NCBI GenBank assembly: GCA_035765535.1
Contig: DASTXE010000005.1
Span: 36,684-100,683, forward strand
Length of the DNA stretch: 64,000 nt
From: Rickettsiales bacterium
GTDB taxonomy: Bacteria > Pseudomonadota > Alphaproteobacteria > Rickettsiales > JABCZZ01
Direction of reading: 5' to 3'
Under the pieces are notes generated by a model. It did no database searches and was not told the DNA's origin. It was given only the letters and a program-made list of their open reading frames with translations. This document shows, piece after piece, positions 26,675 through 36,455 of the stretch. Each line of letters opens with the position of its first letter. Positions within the stretch are counted from its first letter, which is position 1. The translations under genes and the position numbers were made by a program.

Positions 26675-26805
26675 TGATTATCATAATAGAAAAATAGTCA
26701 CTACCGAATTTTAGTGGTGCTTTACGGTTTTTTATGGTTACAATACAAGCGGGTTTTACGGGTGTGCCTGCCGTATCTTAACGCTTATTATTCATAGACT
26801 CACAT

Positions 26806-28224
26806 ATGTTGAAGCTTATTGCTCCTTTCCGCGTTCTCTTCAGTCTCGACAGTTCACTTGTTGCCGCCAATCACGGAGCGTTTACTGCCTTTCTCAGGCA
26901 AGTGGAAAAGGAACTGCAGGATCCGCAAAGCGGCATATGCAGTCGCATCAGCCCGGCGCTTGACGTTATCGTGAATGTACCGGTTGAGGCGAGCGATTCA
27001 GAAATCGGGTCGCGCTATATCAGCGTGAATGCCAATGGCAGCCTTTACCTCTCACCGCGCGTTTTTACAGTGCATTTCAAAGCTTCCGAAGCGGAAGAGC
27101 TCAAGAAAATTTATACCAAGTCCGCCCTTATGGCGGATGAAGTGGTCGGACAACATTCGAATTGTTTTACCCCGGATATCGCATCTTTGCGGGTGGACCT
27201 GCAGGATAACACCATTGCGACATTGTCGTTAGAGCTGGCCGTGGACACTAAACAGACTGGTGCTTGGAACCGGCTGGATGAATGGACGACCGTATTGGTA
27301 CATTTTCTGTTGGCAGGCCTTTACGAGACTTATATCTTTCCTCTGTTGGAAGCCTTGCGGGAATTCAGTGAGAAGGTGGAAAGCCACTTTATCCAATCGG
27401 TGAATGATTATAACATATTCCTCGATCTGGTTGGTGATGCTGACGAGCCGCGCAATGATATCCGTAAGCGTTTTATCCTGATGTGGGTAAACCGGACACT
27501 CTGCTATTATAACGATTATCCCGTGAACGCATGGATGAAGCCGTTGTTCAAGCAGCATGAGATCCAGCATGTGCGCGGAGCGGAAGTGCATCTGAATTCA
27601 GGAAACAGTCTGGTGCTTATGCCGGCGGGAATGGATACGCGTCACCTGGGACAGTTGTGGGATGTCATGCTGACCGCGCAATACTACTATGCGGCGCTGG
27701 ACGTGGTGAATCTGAATCTCGTTAAATATATCGGCACCACCTTTAACCGGCAGAGCAGCCGTAATCTGCGCCGGCTGAGCGGAGAAATGGAATCCATTAT
27801 CAACAAGATTACCATCCTGCAGGTACGTTATAATGACTTTATGATGGAATTGCAGGGAGTGCCGCGCAAACTGTTCCATGTTCTGCAGAAGGAATGGGAT
27901 TTTGCCGTGCTGGCTGGAAACGTTTCCAAGAAGCTTGAACTGTGCAAATCCAATATCGAGGTGCTGAATCAGGAGACGAATCACCGTAACCAGGGGCGTA
28001 CGGAAGTGGTGCTGACAAGCCTCACCGGCATGGGAGTGCTGAATCTGTTTGTCGAGTTGGGAAATTATGCCACGCAGATGCCGCCGGAGCATATGGGGAT
28101 GGTGGGCAAAATCCCTGGATTTATGGACTTAGGCTTCATCATGTCCGGTAATGCACTAAGCTGGATCGGTATTTTTATTGCTGTTTCCGTTATTGTCTAT
28201 ACTGCCAAGAACCGTCTTTTATAA
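26806..28224 (+). CDS. Hypothetical protein with long soluble N-domain, coiled-coil and C-terminal 2-TM hairpin (CorA-like topology)
   Basis: 472 aa. C-terminus: ...NQGRTEVVLTSLTGMGVLNLFVELGNYATQMPPEH...ALSWIGIFIAVSVIVYTAKNRLL. This resembles the CorA arrangement (LT..., G-x-N, MPE) but has no GMN motif. Confidence 0.5.
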   Translation: MLKLIAPFRVLFSLDSSLVAANHGAFTAFLRQVEKELQDPQSGICSRISPALDVIVNVPVEASDSEIGSRYISVNANGSLYLSPRVFTVHFKASEAEELKKIYTKSALMADEVVGQHSNCFTPDIASLRVDLQDNTIATLSLELAVDTKQTGAWNRLDEWTTVLVHFLLAGLYETYIFPLLEALREFSEKVESHFIQSVNDYNIFLDLVGDADEPRNDIRKRFILMWVNRTLCYYNDYPVNAWMKPLFKQHEIQHVRGAEVHLNSGNSLVLMPAGMDTRHLGQLWDVMLTAQYYYAALDVVNLNLVKYIGTTFNRQSSRNLRRLSGEMESIINKITILQVRYNDFMMELQGVPRKLFHVLQKEWDFAVLAGNVSKKLELCKSNIEVLNQETNHRNQGRTEVVLTSLTGMGVLNLFVELGNYATQMPPEHMGMVGKIPGFMDLGFIMSGNALSWIGIFIAVSVIVYTAKNRLL

Positions 28225-28827
28225 ATGATACAAATCAAAACACTGATTGGTTATTGTTCGTTAGTCGCCGCCGCCATCAGTTATGTGTTTTACCTGCGTT
28301 CCGTGCTTCAGGGGCGAACGAAGCCGCATGCTTTTTCCTGGACGACCTGGGGAATCCTGACCTCCATAGCATTTTATGCCCAATATACCAATGAGGCCGG
28401 GGCGGGGGCGTGGGCAACCTGTCTGGTGGCTGCTTTCTGTTTTCTTGTGGCGTTGCTTGCATTCTTTATCGGAGAAAAAGATATAAGACGCAGCGATTGC
28501 ATTATGTTCGTGGGGGCATTGTGCATATTGCCAGTCTGGTATGCGACTAAGAATCCGCTTACGGCCGTTATTATGGTGGCGGTTATCGACGCTTTCGGGG
28601 GGTATTATCCCACTTTTCGCAAATCCTATTATAAACCACATCAGGAAATGCTGCAGCTATACATTATCGGCCTTATACAGGTGATACTTTCCCTGTTTGC
28701 CATGGAGCATTATTACCTTGTGAATATTTTTTACCCTCTGTTCATTATTTGCGGCAATACGGCCTTTATCGCCATGGTTGTGTGGCGGCGGCATAAAATG
28801 AATATTCCCGAATCGGTAGTGGACTGA
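28225..28827 (+). CDS. Hypothetical 7-TM membrane protein with internal duplication
   Basis: 200 aa. The ATG immediately follows the TAA of the upstream gene. Seven hydrophobic segments. A K-P-H loop follows both TM1 (RSVLQGRTKPHAFS) and TM5 (PTFRKSYYKPHQEM), suggesting a 3+1+3 architecture. Confidence 0.5.
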   Translation: MIQIKTLIGYCSLVAAAISYVFYLRSVLQGRTKPHAFSWTTWGILTSIAFYAQYTNEAGAGAWATCLVAAFCFLVALLAFFIGEKDIRRSDCIMFVGALCILPVWYATKNPLTAVIMVAVIDAFGGYYPTFRKSYYKPHQEMLQLYIIGLIQVILSLFAMEHYYLVNIFYPLFIICGNTAFIAMVVWRRHKMNIPESVVD

Positions 28828-28942
28828 TTTCTATTTATATATTATAGTGTTGTGGTTAGCTTTCCGGCATATATTCCATCTTTGGGCAAGAGTTTCCGCG
28901 TGGGATATGCAAGGAGTGCTTCAAACATGAACCGTTAGGGCT

Positions 28943-29923
28943 ATGAACCAGCAATTAATGCTTCAGATAGCGCCGCTCGCAGCCGTTTTCTGCATACTGC
29001 TCTTCCTATTGTTATGGAAAAGCGACCGTAGCAGGCGTATCGAACAACGCATTCAGCGCATGAAGAATCGTAAATCCGGTGTCGTGGTCCAAAAGCAAGT
29101 GGATGCGCTTACCTTGCGCCGCAAGACACAGGAACATTCCGTTCCCATTATCGGTGTCATCATCAGTAAATTGCCTACGCAGGCGGCGCTCAAGGCCAGA
29201 CTGGAACGCGCAGGCCTGGCTATTCCTACAGACCGTTACGTTATGGGCTCTGCGGGTGTTGTTGCGCTTTGTGTCGGTCTGTTTCTGCTGACTGGCAAGT
29301 CGGCGTTCGGCGGCATCATAGTTGGGGTGATGCTGGGCGTGGTTGTCCCGCATTTTGTTATCGGTTTTCTGGGAGGGCGCAGGATCAAAAAATTCCTGGT
29401 GCTGTTTCCGGATGCAATTGACTTCATCGTACGCGGGTTGCGATCCGGTCTGCCGGTAACGGAATCCATGAATATCGTCGGCAATGAGATGGCGGAGCCG
29501 ATCAGGAGCATATTTTCCCATATCGGAGAATCGGTAAGGCTTGGCGTGCCGCTGGACAAAGCTTTGCAGGATATGGCGCGAAAGCTCAATTCGACGGAAT
29601 TTAACTTCTTTGTTACCAGTATTATTCTTCAGCGTGAAACGGGTGGTAACCTTTCGGAAATCCTTAATAATCTTTCTGACGTATTGCGTAAGCGCCTCAT
29701 GATGCGGCTTAAAATTAAAGCGATGTCATCGGAAGCAAAAGCATCCGCCATGATTGTCGGCTCACTGCCGTTTATCGTGATTCTGGCGTTGCGGTTTGTT
29801 TCGCCGGGCTATCTCGATCCGCTTATAGATACGGCCAAGGGCAATATGATTGCACTGGGATGTGGTTTCAGCCTGGCGCTTGGAATCGGCATCATGATTA
29901 AAATGACGAAGTTCGAGATTTAA
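28943..29923 (+). CDS. tadB: Tad/Flp pilus assembly inner-membrane platform protein TadB (T2SS-F family)
   Basis: 326 aa. T2SSF-type domain (FPDAIDFIVRGLRSGLPVTESM..., LQRETGGNLSEILNNLSDVLRKR). Confidence 0.85.
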   Translation: MNQQLMLQIAPLAAVFCILLFLLLWKSDRSRRIEQRIQRMKNRKSGVVVQKQVDALTLRRKTQEHSVPIIGVIISKLPTQAALKARLERAGLAIPTDRYVMGSAGVVALCVGLFLLTGKSAFGGIIVGVMLGVVVPHFVIGFLGGRRIKKFLVLFPDAIDFIVRGLRSGLPVTESMNIVGNEMAEPIRSIFSHIGESVRLGVPLDKALQDMARKLNSTEFNFFVTSIILQRETGGNLSEILNNLSDVLRKRLMMRLKIKAMSSEAKASAMIVGSLPFIVILALRFVSPGYLDPLIDTAKGNMIALGCGFSLALGIGIMIKMTKFEI

Positions 29924-29942
29924 CAGGGGAGGGAAACAAAAA

Positions 29943-30917
29943 ATGCCGATTCTTCAGTACCTCCCCGATATTAAAGCCAATGACGTTTACATGTTTCTCA
30001 CAGGCCTGATGGGGCTTGTGGTGCTGTATATGCTTGCCACCAGCATGTTTGAGACCCAGCGCAGAGCAGCCCGTGTACGGTCACTTCACCAGCGCAGAGC
30101 GCTTCTGAAGGGGCAGCTAATGGCGCCGCGCAAACGCGGCAAGAAAAGTGGCTCCAGCTCAACCAGCGTGGATCTGATACGTCTGATTGTTGACAAGATG
30201 AACCTGATCCAGAAGTCACAGGTCGGAAAGATGACCAAAACACTTTCCAATGCCGGTTACCGCTCGAAAGATGCGATTTTTATCTATGCATTTTTCCAGC
30301 TGGTGGGACCGATTTTTGCCTTCGTAGTGGGAATTTACGATCTGGACATTAAATTTTCCGATCCGTTTGCTGACAAGACGAATTTGATGATATTGCTAGG
30401 GATGGTGCTGCTGGGGTTCAAACTGCCGCAGCTTATCGTCAGCAATGCGTTGAAGAAACGCTATCACAAGGTTCAGCAGGGGCTTTCCGACACTCTGGAT
30501 CTTATGATGATCTGCGCGGAAGCGGGATTGAGTCTCGCCGCTTCGCTCGACCGTGTGTCGCGCGAGCTTGGCATGACCTATCCCGAACTGGCTGAAGAGC
30601 TTGCTCTGACTTCGATTGAGCTCGGCTTCCTGCCGGACCGTAAGAAAGCGCTCAGTAATCTCGTGGAACGTGTTGATATTCCCGAAATACGTGGTGTGGC
30701 GGGGGTGTTGATTCAAACTGAGAAATATGGGACACCTGTTGCGCAGGCGCTACGCGTGCTGGCGGCGGAGTTCAGAACCCAGCGCATGCTGCGTGCCGAG
30801 CAGAAGGCCGCGCGCCTTCCGGCAATCATGACGGTTCCCATGATCGTTTTCATTCTGCCGACCCTGTTCGTGGTGATCTTAGCCCCGGCATTGATTAAAC
30901 TTTTTGCAACGATATAG
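29943..30917 (+). CDS. tadC: Tad/Flp pilus assembly inner-membrane platform protein TadC (T2SS-F family)
   Basis: 324 aa, with LSDTLDLMMICAEAGLSLAASLDRV, IQTEKYGTPVAQALRVLAAEFRTQR and RAEQKAARLP. Confidence 0.85.
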   Translation: MPILQYLPDIKANDVYMFLTGLMGLVVLYMLATSMFETQRRAARVRSLHQRRALLKGQLMAPRKRGKKSGSSSTSVDLIRLIVDKMNLIQKSQVGKMTKTLSNAGYRSKDAIFIYAFFQLVGPIFAFVVGIYDLDIKFSDPFADKTNLMILLGMVLLGFKLPQLIVSNALKKRYHKVQQGLSDTLDLMMICAEAGLSLAASLDRVSRELGMTYPELAEELALTSIELGFLPDRKKALSNLVERVDIPEIRGVAGVLIQTEKYGTPVAQALRVLAAEFRTQRMLRAEQKAARLPAIMTVPMIVFILPTLFVVILAPALIKLFATI

Positions 30918-30986
30918 TTGCTCTTTCCCTTTAATTATGATTATTTGCCTAACTCTACTTTTATAAAAAAAGGAACGTTACCCACT

Positions 30987-32354
30987 ATGCAAGTCACCGA
31001 AGTTAAAAATGAAGGCCTCAAGCGCGAATTTACCGTAAAGCTGGATGCCAAAACCCTTAACGAGAAGACGGAAGCCCGCCTGGAGTCGATGTCCAAGAAC
31101 ATGAAGATCGACGGATTCCGCCCCGGTCATGTGCCCATGAACGTGCTGAAGAAGCGCTATGGAAAACATGTCGCCGGCGAAGTTATGGAAGGTTCGGTGA
31201 ATGAAGCGACCCAGAACGTTCTGCGTGAAAAGAACCTGACGCCTGCCATGCAGCCCAAAGTGGAAGTCACCGCTTACGAAGAAGGCGGCGATCTGGAATT
31301 CAAGATCGATATGGAAGTGCTGCCGGAAGTGCCGGAACTGGATTTCTCCCAGATTGCACTCGATAAACTGACTTGCGATATCGATGAAAAGGAAGTCGAT
31401 GAGGCGATTGAACGTCTTGCAGAGCGTAACCAGAACTTCGTGCGTGAAAAAGAAGGCGCGAAAGCTAAAAAGGGCAACCGTGCCGTGATCGATTTCACCG
31501 GCAAGGTGGATGGTGTGGCGTTTGAAGGCGGTGCTGCAAAGAAGTTCGCGCTTGAACTCGGCAGCGGCAGCTTCATCGCGGGGTTTGAAGACCAGATTGT
31601 CGGCGCCAAGGAAGGTGACGACTTGGTTGTAAAAGTTACGTTCCCGGAAAACTACCATAAGGCCGATCTTTCCGGTAAGCCCGCTGAATTCGACGTGCAT
31701 GTGCATGAAATCCTCAAAGGCGAAAAACCGGAAGTGAATGACGAATTCGCCAAGAAATTCGGCTTCGAGAACCTCGAAGGCCTCAAGAAAGCAATCAAAG
31801 ATCAGCTGGGCGGCGACCATGAATCCATGTCGCGCGTGAAGATCAAAAAGCAATTGTTTGACGATCTGGACAAGCGCCTGACGTTCCCCGTTCCGCAAAG
31901 CATGTTCGACGCTGAATTCAAGGCGATCTGGGACAAGCTGGAACAGGCGAAGAAAGAAGGCGACGAAGCGATTTCCAGCAAGAGCGACGAAGAGCTGCGC
32001 ACCGAATACACCAAGATCGCTGAACGCCGTGTAAAGCTCGGTATTGCGCTTTCGGATATCGCTGCCAAGAATAAGCTCCAGATCACGCAGGAAGAACTTT
32101 CCCGTGCTGTGATGCAGCAGGCGAGGCAGTTCCCGGGCCAGGAACGCGCTATCTTTGATTTCTACCAGAAAAACCCGCAGTATCTGCAGGAGCTGCGTGG
32201 CCCAATCATGGAAGAAAAAGCAGTCGATCTGATTCTCGGCAAAGCCAAGGTGACCGAACGCAAGGTTTCCCAGGAAGAGCTGATGAAGGAAATCGACGAA
32301 GACGCTCCGGCTGCCGAGGAAAAGCCTAAGAAGAAAAAGGCTGCTAACTCTTAA
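30987..32354 (+). CDS. tig: Trigger factor
   Basis: Start placed at ATG 30987 (MQVTEVKNEGLKREFTV). FKBP-type segment DFTGKVDGVAFEGG. Lies upstream of clpP. Confidence 0.93.
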   Translation: MQVTEVKNEGLKREFTVKLDAKTLNEKTEARLESMSKNMKIDGFRPGHVPMNVLKKRYGKHVAGEVMEGSVNEATQNVLREKNLTPAMQPKVEVTAYEEGGDLEFKIDMEVLPEVPELDFSQIALDKLTCDIDEKEVDEAIERLAERNQNFVREKEGAKAKKGNRAVIDFTGKVDGVAFEGGAAKKFALELGSGSFIAGFEDQIVGAKEGDDLVVKVTFPENYHKADLSGKPAEFDVHVHEILKGEKPEVNDEFAKKFGFENLEGLKKAIKDQLGGDHESMSRVKIKKQLFDDLDKRLTFPVPQSMFDAEFKAIWDKLEQAKKEGDEAISSKSDEELRTEYTKIAERRVKLGIALSDIAAKNKLQITQEELSRAVMQQARQFPGQERAIFDFYQKNPQYLQELRGPIMEEKAVDLILGKAKVTERKVSQEELMKEIDEDAPAAEEKPKKKKAANS

Positions 32355-32387
32355 GCCCATCACGCATAACCTTAATATGGAAGTATT

Positions 32388-33062
32388 ATGACACAGGATA
32401 TGAAGAATATTTTTGATAAAATGATGGATGCAGGTAATGTTCCGCACATGGACCTCGTCCCGATGGTAGTGGAACAGAGCAGCCGCGGCGAACGTGCGTA
32501 TGACATTTTCTCCCGCCTGCTGAAAGAACGCATTATCTTCCTGACCGGACAGGTGCATGACGGCATGGCTTCGCTGATCGTGGCGCAGCTGCTGTTCCTT
32601 GAATCGGAAAACCCGGACAAGGAAATCTCCATGTACATCAACTCGCCGGGTGGCGTTGTGACTGCAGGTCTGTCGATCTACGACACGATGCAGTACATCA
32701 AGCCGAAGGTTTCCACGCTCTGCATCGGCCAGGCAGCTTCCATGGGCTCCCTGCTGCTCACGGCAGGTGCTACCGGTAAGCGTTTTGCTACGCCGAACGC
32801 ACGCATCATGATCCACCAGCCTTCCGGCGGGTTCCAGGGTCAGGCTTCGGATATCGAAATCCACGCCAAGGAAATCATCTCGCTGCGTCACCGTCTCAAT
32901 GAGATCTATGTGAAGCATACCAGCCAGAAGCTTTCCACCGTTGAAAAGGCAATGGATCGCGATAATTTCATGTCCGCTGAAGCGGCTAAGGATTTCGGCC
33001 TGATCGACGAAATCGTTGACAGCCGTCATCCGGAAAAAGCTGCAGCCGATAAGAAGAAATAA
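32388..33062 (+). CDS. clpP: ATP-dependent Clp protease proteolytic subunit
   Basis: 224 aa, with [20 protein letters not shown], catalytic Ser context GQAASMGS, and IMIHQPSGG. Confidence 0.96.
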   Translation: MTQDMKNIFDKMMDAGNVPHMDLVPMVVEQSSRGERAYDIFSRLLKERIIFLTGQVHDGMASLIVAQLLFLESENPDKEISMYINSPGGVVTAGLSIYDTMQYIKPKVSTLCIGQAASMGSLLLTAGATGKRFATPNARIMIHQPSGGFQGQASDIEIHAKEIISLRHRLNEIYVKHTSQKLSTVEKAMDRDNFMSAEAAKDFGLIDEIVDSRHPEKAAADKKK

Positions 33063-33087
33063 ACTTCTTTAAGCATAGGTCTAAAGG

Positions 33088-33120
33088 AACCCCCGCTGGC
33101 CTTTGCCGCGGGGGTTTTTT
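33088..33120 (+). terminator. Intrinsic terminator after clpP
   Basis: AACCCCCGC-11 nt loop-GCGGGGGTT followed by a T-run. It overlaps the stop codon of the convergent GT-C paralog 1. Confidence 0.7.
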
Positions 33121-34765
33121 ATTGCGCAAGGCAATGATGGGCTTTCCCAATGGGTGAGAGGACTTCATTCAGAAAGTCATCTTTCTTTACAGCAACAAAA
33201 ATGACCGGATATTTGTGCATCTCTGCACCGGCGAGCGGAGTTGCGGATGCGAGGGCAGGAAATGTGGTTATCTGTTTATCAAGTGCGTTGCACTCGATCA
33301 GATGCATCATAGGGGCAGAATTGAGATAGGTGTTGACGAAGACGAGATGAGTAAAACGATTCAGGATACCTGCATTCTTTGCCTGCTCCAGCATGGCAAG
33401 GAGCATGCTATCCTTATAAATACGCATATCGCGGCGGTTATTCCAAAGCAGAGTGGTACGATAGTAAGGCATCAGAGCTGCGAGAGCGGAAATATTACGG
33501 GGGTTGCTATCCCCTAATTCCGCATACATTTGCAGGTTGGAGGGGGCGAGCATAATTGCATCCGTTCTGCCCATGACAATAAGTGAATCTGGACCGAGTG
33601 ATTGCAGATAAGCTGAGACCTGTCGCCATTCTGTCTCGGTCATACCGTATTCCGTCTGATCGTCGAAGCGGTAGATAGGATTGGCGCATTGCAGTCCTAG
33701 AGTGAAGAGCGTAAGCGCGATTATAATATTGAAAAAGCGCAAATGCCTGTTGTAATACTGCAAACCCTCGGCAAGCAGCCAGCCCATGGGTATGGCCAGC
33801 AAAGGCAGCATCCAAAGACTATGCCGGTCTCCGGCGAACGGGTAAGCGCGGCTTATCCATAAAGCTGCGGCGAAGCACAATGTTGTGCCTGCCAGTGCCA
33901 GCGTAGATTTAAGCACGGTATTCTTGCCATTGATTACGGGTATCAACGCGAGGACCAATAAGAAGATAAAAGGCCATCCCGGGAATATATAACTGATGAC
34001 GGAGATAATATAAGACGGAAGCAACGCAATCTGCTCCCAGATATTCTGCGAGGCCATTTCCTGGCGGGCTAATGCATCTACGGGCGCGAGCGCCGGTTGC
34101 CATAGCAGATAGGCACTCCAGAAAAGCATAGCAGGAATGGAATTGGCCAGCAGCCAGTTTGCTGCTTCCCTGCGGGGAATCTTTGACTGCAACATACATG
34201 ACAGTTCATATGCGAACAGGCAGAGCGCTGTGAAAATGCCTGAGAAATGCGTAAAACAGGCCAGTCCAGCGCATAGGCTATAGGCAATAAGCCATGAGGT
34301 CTTACGATTTTCGCGCCATGCCAGATAAGCATAAAATGCAGCTGTCAGCAGGCATAGGAATAAGGTGTAATTACGCACAACGTAAGACTCGACGATGCAG
34401 CCCTGGCTGAAGGTAATTAATATGGCTGCGCATATGCCGCAGAACTGGCCGCCCAGCTTTTTACCGGTTACATAATAAAGTGGGATCAGTGCTAAGCCGA
34501 ACAGCAGAGAAAAGCCGCGCGTGAATTGCACGGAGTCGCCCAGCATCTGCCAGTAATGGCGTAAGATATGGCCGAGCGGAGGATGGGTCTCCATCAGTGA
34601 GAACTGCCATACCTGTCGGAGATTCTTGCCCTGAGCGATGCCAATATGCATCAGTTCGTCTGCATGGTAATGGTAAGCGTCCACCCCATGCACGCGCAGC
34701 CAAGTACCCACTGCTACCAGCAGCGCAAGCCATAGCATTGCGGAGCGTTTACTTAAGGCATTCAT
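33119..34765 (-). CDS. GT-C fold membrane glycosyltransferase, ArnT/PMT (family 39/83)-like, paralog 1
   Basis: 548 aa. First-loop acidic motif HADELMH, then ETHPPLGHILRHYWQMLGDS..FTRGFSLLFGLALIPLYY. It has more than 10 hydrophobic segments and a C-terminal soluble domain ending in GKAHHCLAQ. Confidence 0.7.
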   Translation of the reverse strand: MNALSKRSAMLWLALLVAVGTWLRVHGVDAYHYHADELMHIGIAQGKNLRQVWQFSLMETHPPLGHILRHYWQMLGDSVQFTRGFSLLFGLALIPLYYVTGKKLGGQFCGICAAILITFSQGCIVESYVVRNYTLFLCLLTAAFYAYLAWRENRKTSWLIAYSLCAGLACFTHFSGIFTALCLFAYELSCMLQSKIPRREAANWLLANSIPAMLFWSAYLLWQPALAPVDALARQEMASQNIWEQIALLPSYIISVISYIFPGWPFIFLLVLALIPVINGKNTVLKSTLALAGTTLCFAAALWISRAYPFAGDRHSLWMLPLLAIPMGWLLAEGLQYYNRHLRFFNIIIALTLFTLGLQCANPIYRFDDQTEYGMTETEWRQVSAYLQSLGPDSLIVMGRTDAIMLAPSNLQMYAELGDSNPRNISALAALMPYYRTTLLWNNRRDMRIYKDSMLLAMLEQAKNAGILNRFTHLVFVNTYLNSAPMMHLIECNALDKQITTFPALASATPLAGAEMHKYPVIFVAVKKDDFLNEVLSPIGKAHHCLAQ

Positions 34766-36455
34766 GTGCTTTTCCGTTGGGTGCGATCACCTGCTCGAAG
34801 AACTCTTTCTTGGAAACAGTCATGAATGCTGCCGGGGCAAGCGCCTTTTCCTCATCCGAAACCGATTTCTTGAGTGTTATCTCAGGGAAATTAAAGGAGG
34901 GGAAGGAGACGATCTGCTTATCAAGCTGTTTGCAGGTAAAGAGCCATGGCAGAGGTTCATAGCCTTTGGCATAGACGTCCCACACGGTTTTCATAAAAAC
35001 AAGTTTGTCCACGCCGTTCAGCATACCCTTCTGCTGCGCTTGGTTCAACGTTGCAAGCAGGATGCCAGTGGTTTCGATTCGGCGCTCGTAAGGATGAATG
35101 ATAATATGCGTATTAGCATAAGGAATTATCACGGCAGCATTTTTATCCGTGAAAGCATCCTTGCCGAGGTAAGGGTAAGTATCGTGCAACATAACAGCGT
35201 CATCACGCGCGGCGATAATGACGGAGTGGTTGTCCAGTGTCTTCAGGTAATCCGTCATGGCCTGCCAGTTTTCCTGTTTCATCTGGTATTCGCTGGGCTC
35301 TTTTTCAAAGCGTTGTCCGGCGTTGCAGAGAATAAGACTTCCTAGCAAGATCAGTGTGGCGACAGCAATATTGCCATTGATGCGGGTTTTTTGTTCGATA
35401 TACGGGCTCAAAAGCTCGGCCCCATTGCCCATCATCCAGCCTGCAGTGACGATGATGAAGGGCATCACCCATATACCGTGGCGCGTGCCTGCGGGATAAT
35501 AATGATTGATGGCGATTAGGAACATGCCGACTTCCAGCGCGATAACGCAGATCGCCGAGAAATCTCGGAATTTTTTGTCTTCGCGAACGACCGGCAGGAA
35601 CAGTAGAAAGATTATCAGCGGTAGGAAATAAGCCGATGGCAGCACGTATAACGTAGCGGTGAGCGGATTGATCAGGGTGATCAGAATATATTTATACCAC
35701 TCATCGACATGGAAATAAGGTGAAGAAAGCACAATGCCTTTGAAAAACCAGATCAGGTAAATGCCTATGGCGATTGCGGCGAGCGTAAAGTTAAGCGCAA
35801 TCCATTGCAGTTGGCTCCTAAGCGGGCGTTTAGTAACGTAAGCATCCACGGTTTCATAAGCTGCAATAGGAAAGATGGCGAGTATGGCGGAGAAATGCGT
35901 GAGGGCTGCAAGCAGTGCATAGAATACGTAAAGCCATAGATGTTTATTCTGTCTGCTATCGCGCCATTGCACATAGTAATACAGGAACATCGTGGCGAAG
36001 AAGACGAAGATAGAGTAGTTGCGGGTGACATAGGATTCGATGATCGAGCCGTAGCTGTAGGCTGCGAGTGCTGCGGCGCACATACCTGCAAACTGGCCCT
36101 TGAGGCGGTTTCCAATGCAGTAATAGACCGGGATTGTCGCAATGCCGAAGACAAGTGACAGGCAGCGCGAGAACCAGACGGAATCATCTATCTGAAGCCA
36201 GTAATAGCGTAACAGATGGCCAAGCGGCGGATGGGTTTCATAGAGCGAGAGCACCATGAGCTGCTTCAGCGACTTTGCCTTGGCGAGCCAGATATGCAGG
36301 ATTTCATCTTCGCTATAGTAATAGACGCCAGCGCCATGCACGCGGACGTAAATAGCCAGCAGGATGAGAACTGTCAGCCAGCCCCAGATGAAAGTTTTTG
36401 AGAAAATGCGTTCGTTATTCGGCATGGATTTTGTTTCCCGGAGGCGGTTCGACAT
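34749..36455 (-). CDS. GT-C fold membrane glycosyltransferase, ArnT/PMT-like, paralog 2
   Basis: 568 aa, with SEDEILH and ETHPPLGHLLRYYWLQIDDS..FSRCLSLVFGIATIPVYY. The C-terminus is NGKAHECLK. Its stop overlaps the paralog 1 start by 17 nt. Confidence 0.7.
   Translation of the reverse strand: MSNRLRETKSMPNNERIFSKTFIWGWLTVLILLAIYVRVHGAGVYYYSEDEILHIWLAKAKSLKQLMVLSLYETHPPLGHLLRYYWLQIDDSVWFSRCLSLVFGIATIPVYYCIGNRLKGQFAGMCAAALAAYSYGSIIESYVTRNYSIFVFFATMFLYYYVQWRDSRQNKHLWLYVFYALLAALTHFSAILAIFPIAAYETVDAYVTKRPLRSQLQWIALNFTLAAIAIGIYLIWFFKGIVLSSPYFHVDEWYKYILITLINPLTATLYVLPSAYFLPLIIFLLFLPVVREDKKFRDFSAICVIALEVGMFLIAINHYYPAGTRHGIWVMPFIIVTAGWMMGNGAELLSPYIEQKTRINGNIAVATLILLGSLILCNAGQRFEKEPSEYQMKQENWQAMTDYLKTLDNHSVIIAARDDAVMLHDTYPYLGKDAFTDKNAAVIIPYANTHIIIHPYERRIETTGILLATLNQAQQKGMLNGVDKLVFMKTVWDVYAKGYEPLPWLFTCKQLDKQIVSFPSFNFPEITLKKSVSDEEKALAPAAFMTVSKKEFFEQVIAPNGKAHECLK

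Noticed and set aside
30978-33029. 683-aa minus-strand ORF spanning the whole tig-clpP region
   Set aside because: It is exactly antisense to two unmistakable genes (trigger factor and ClpP). The translation is low-complexity (Phe/Leu/His/Arg-rich) with no motifs. It is a typical shadow ORF.
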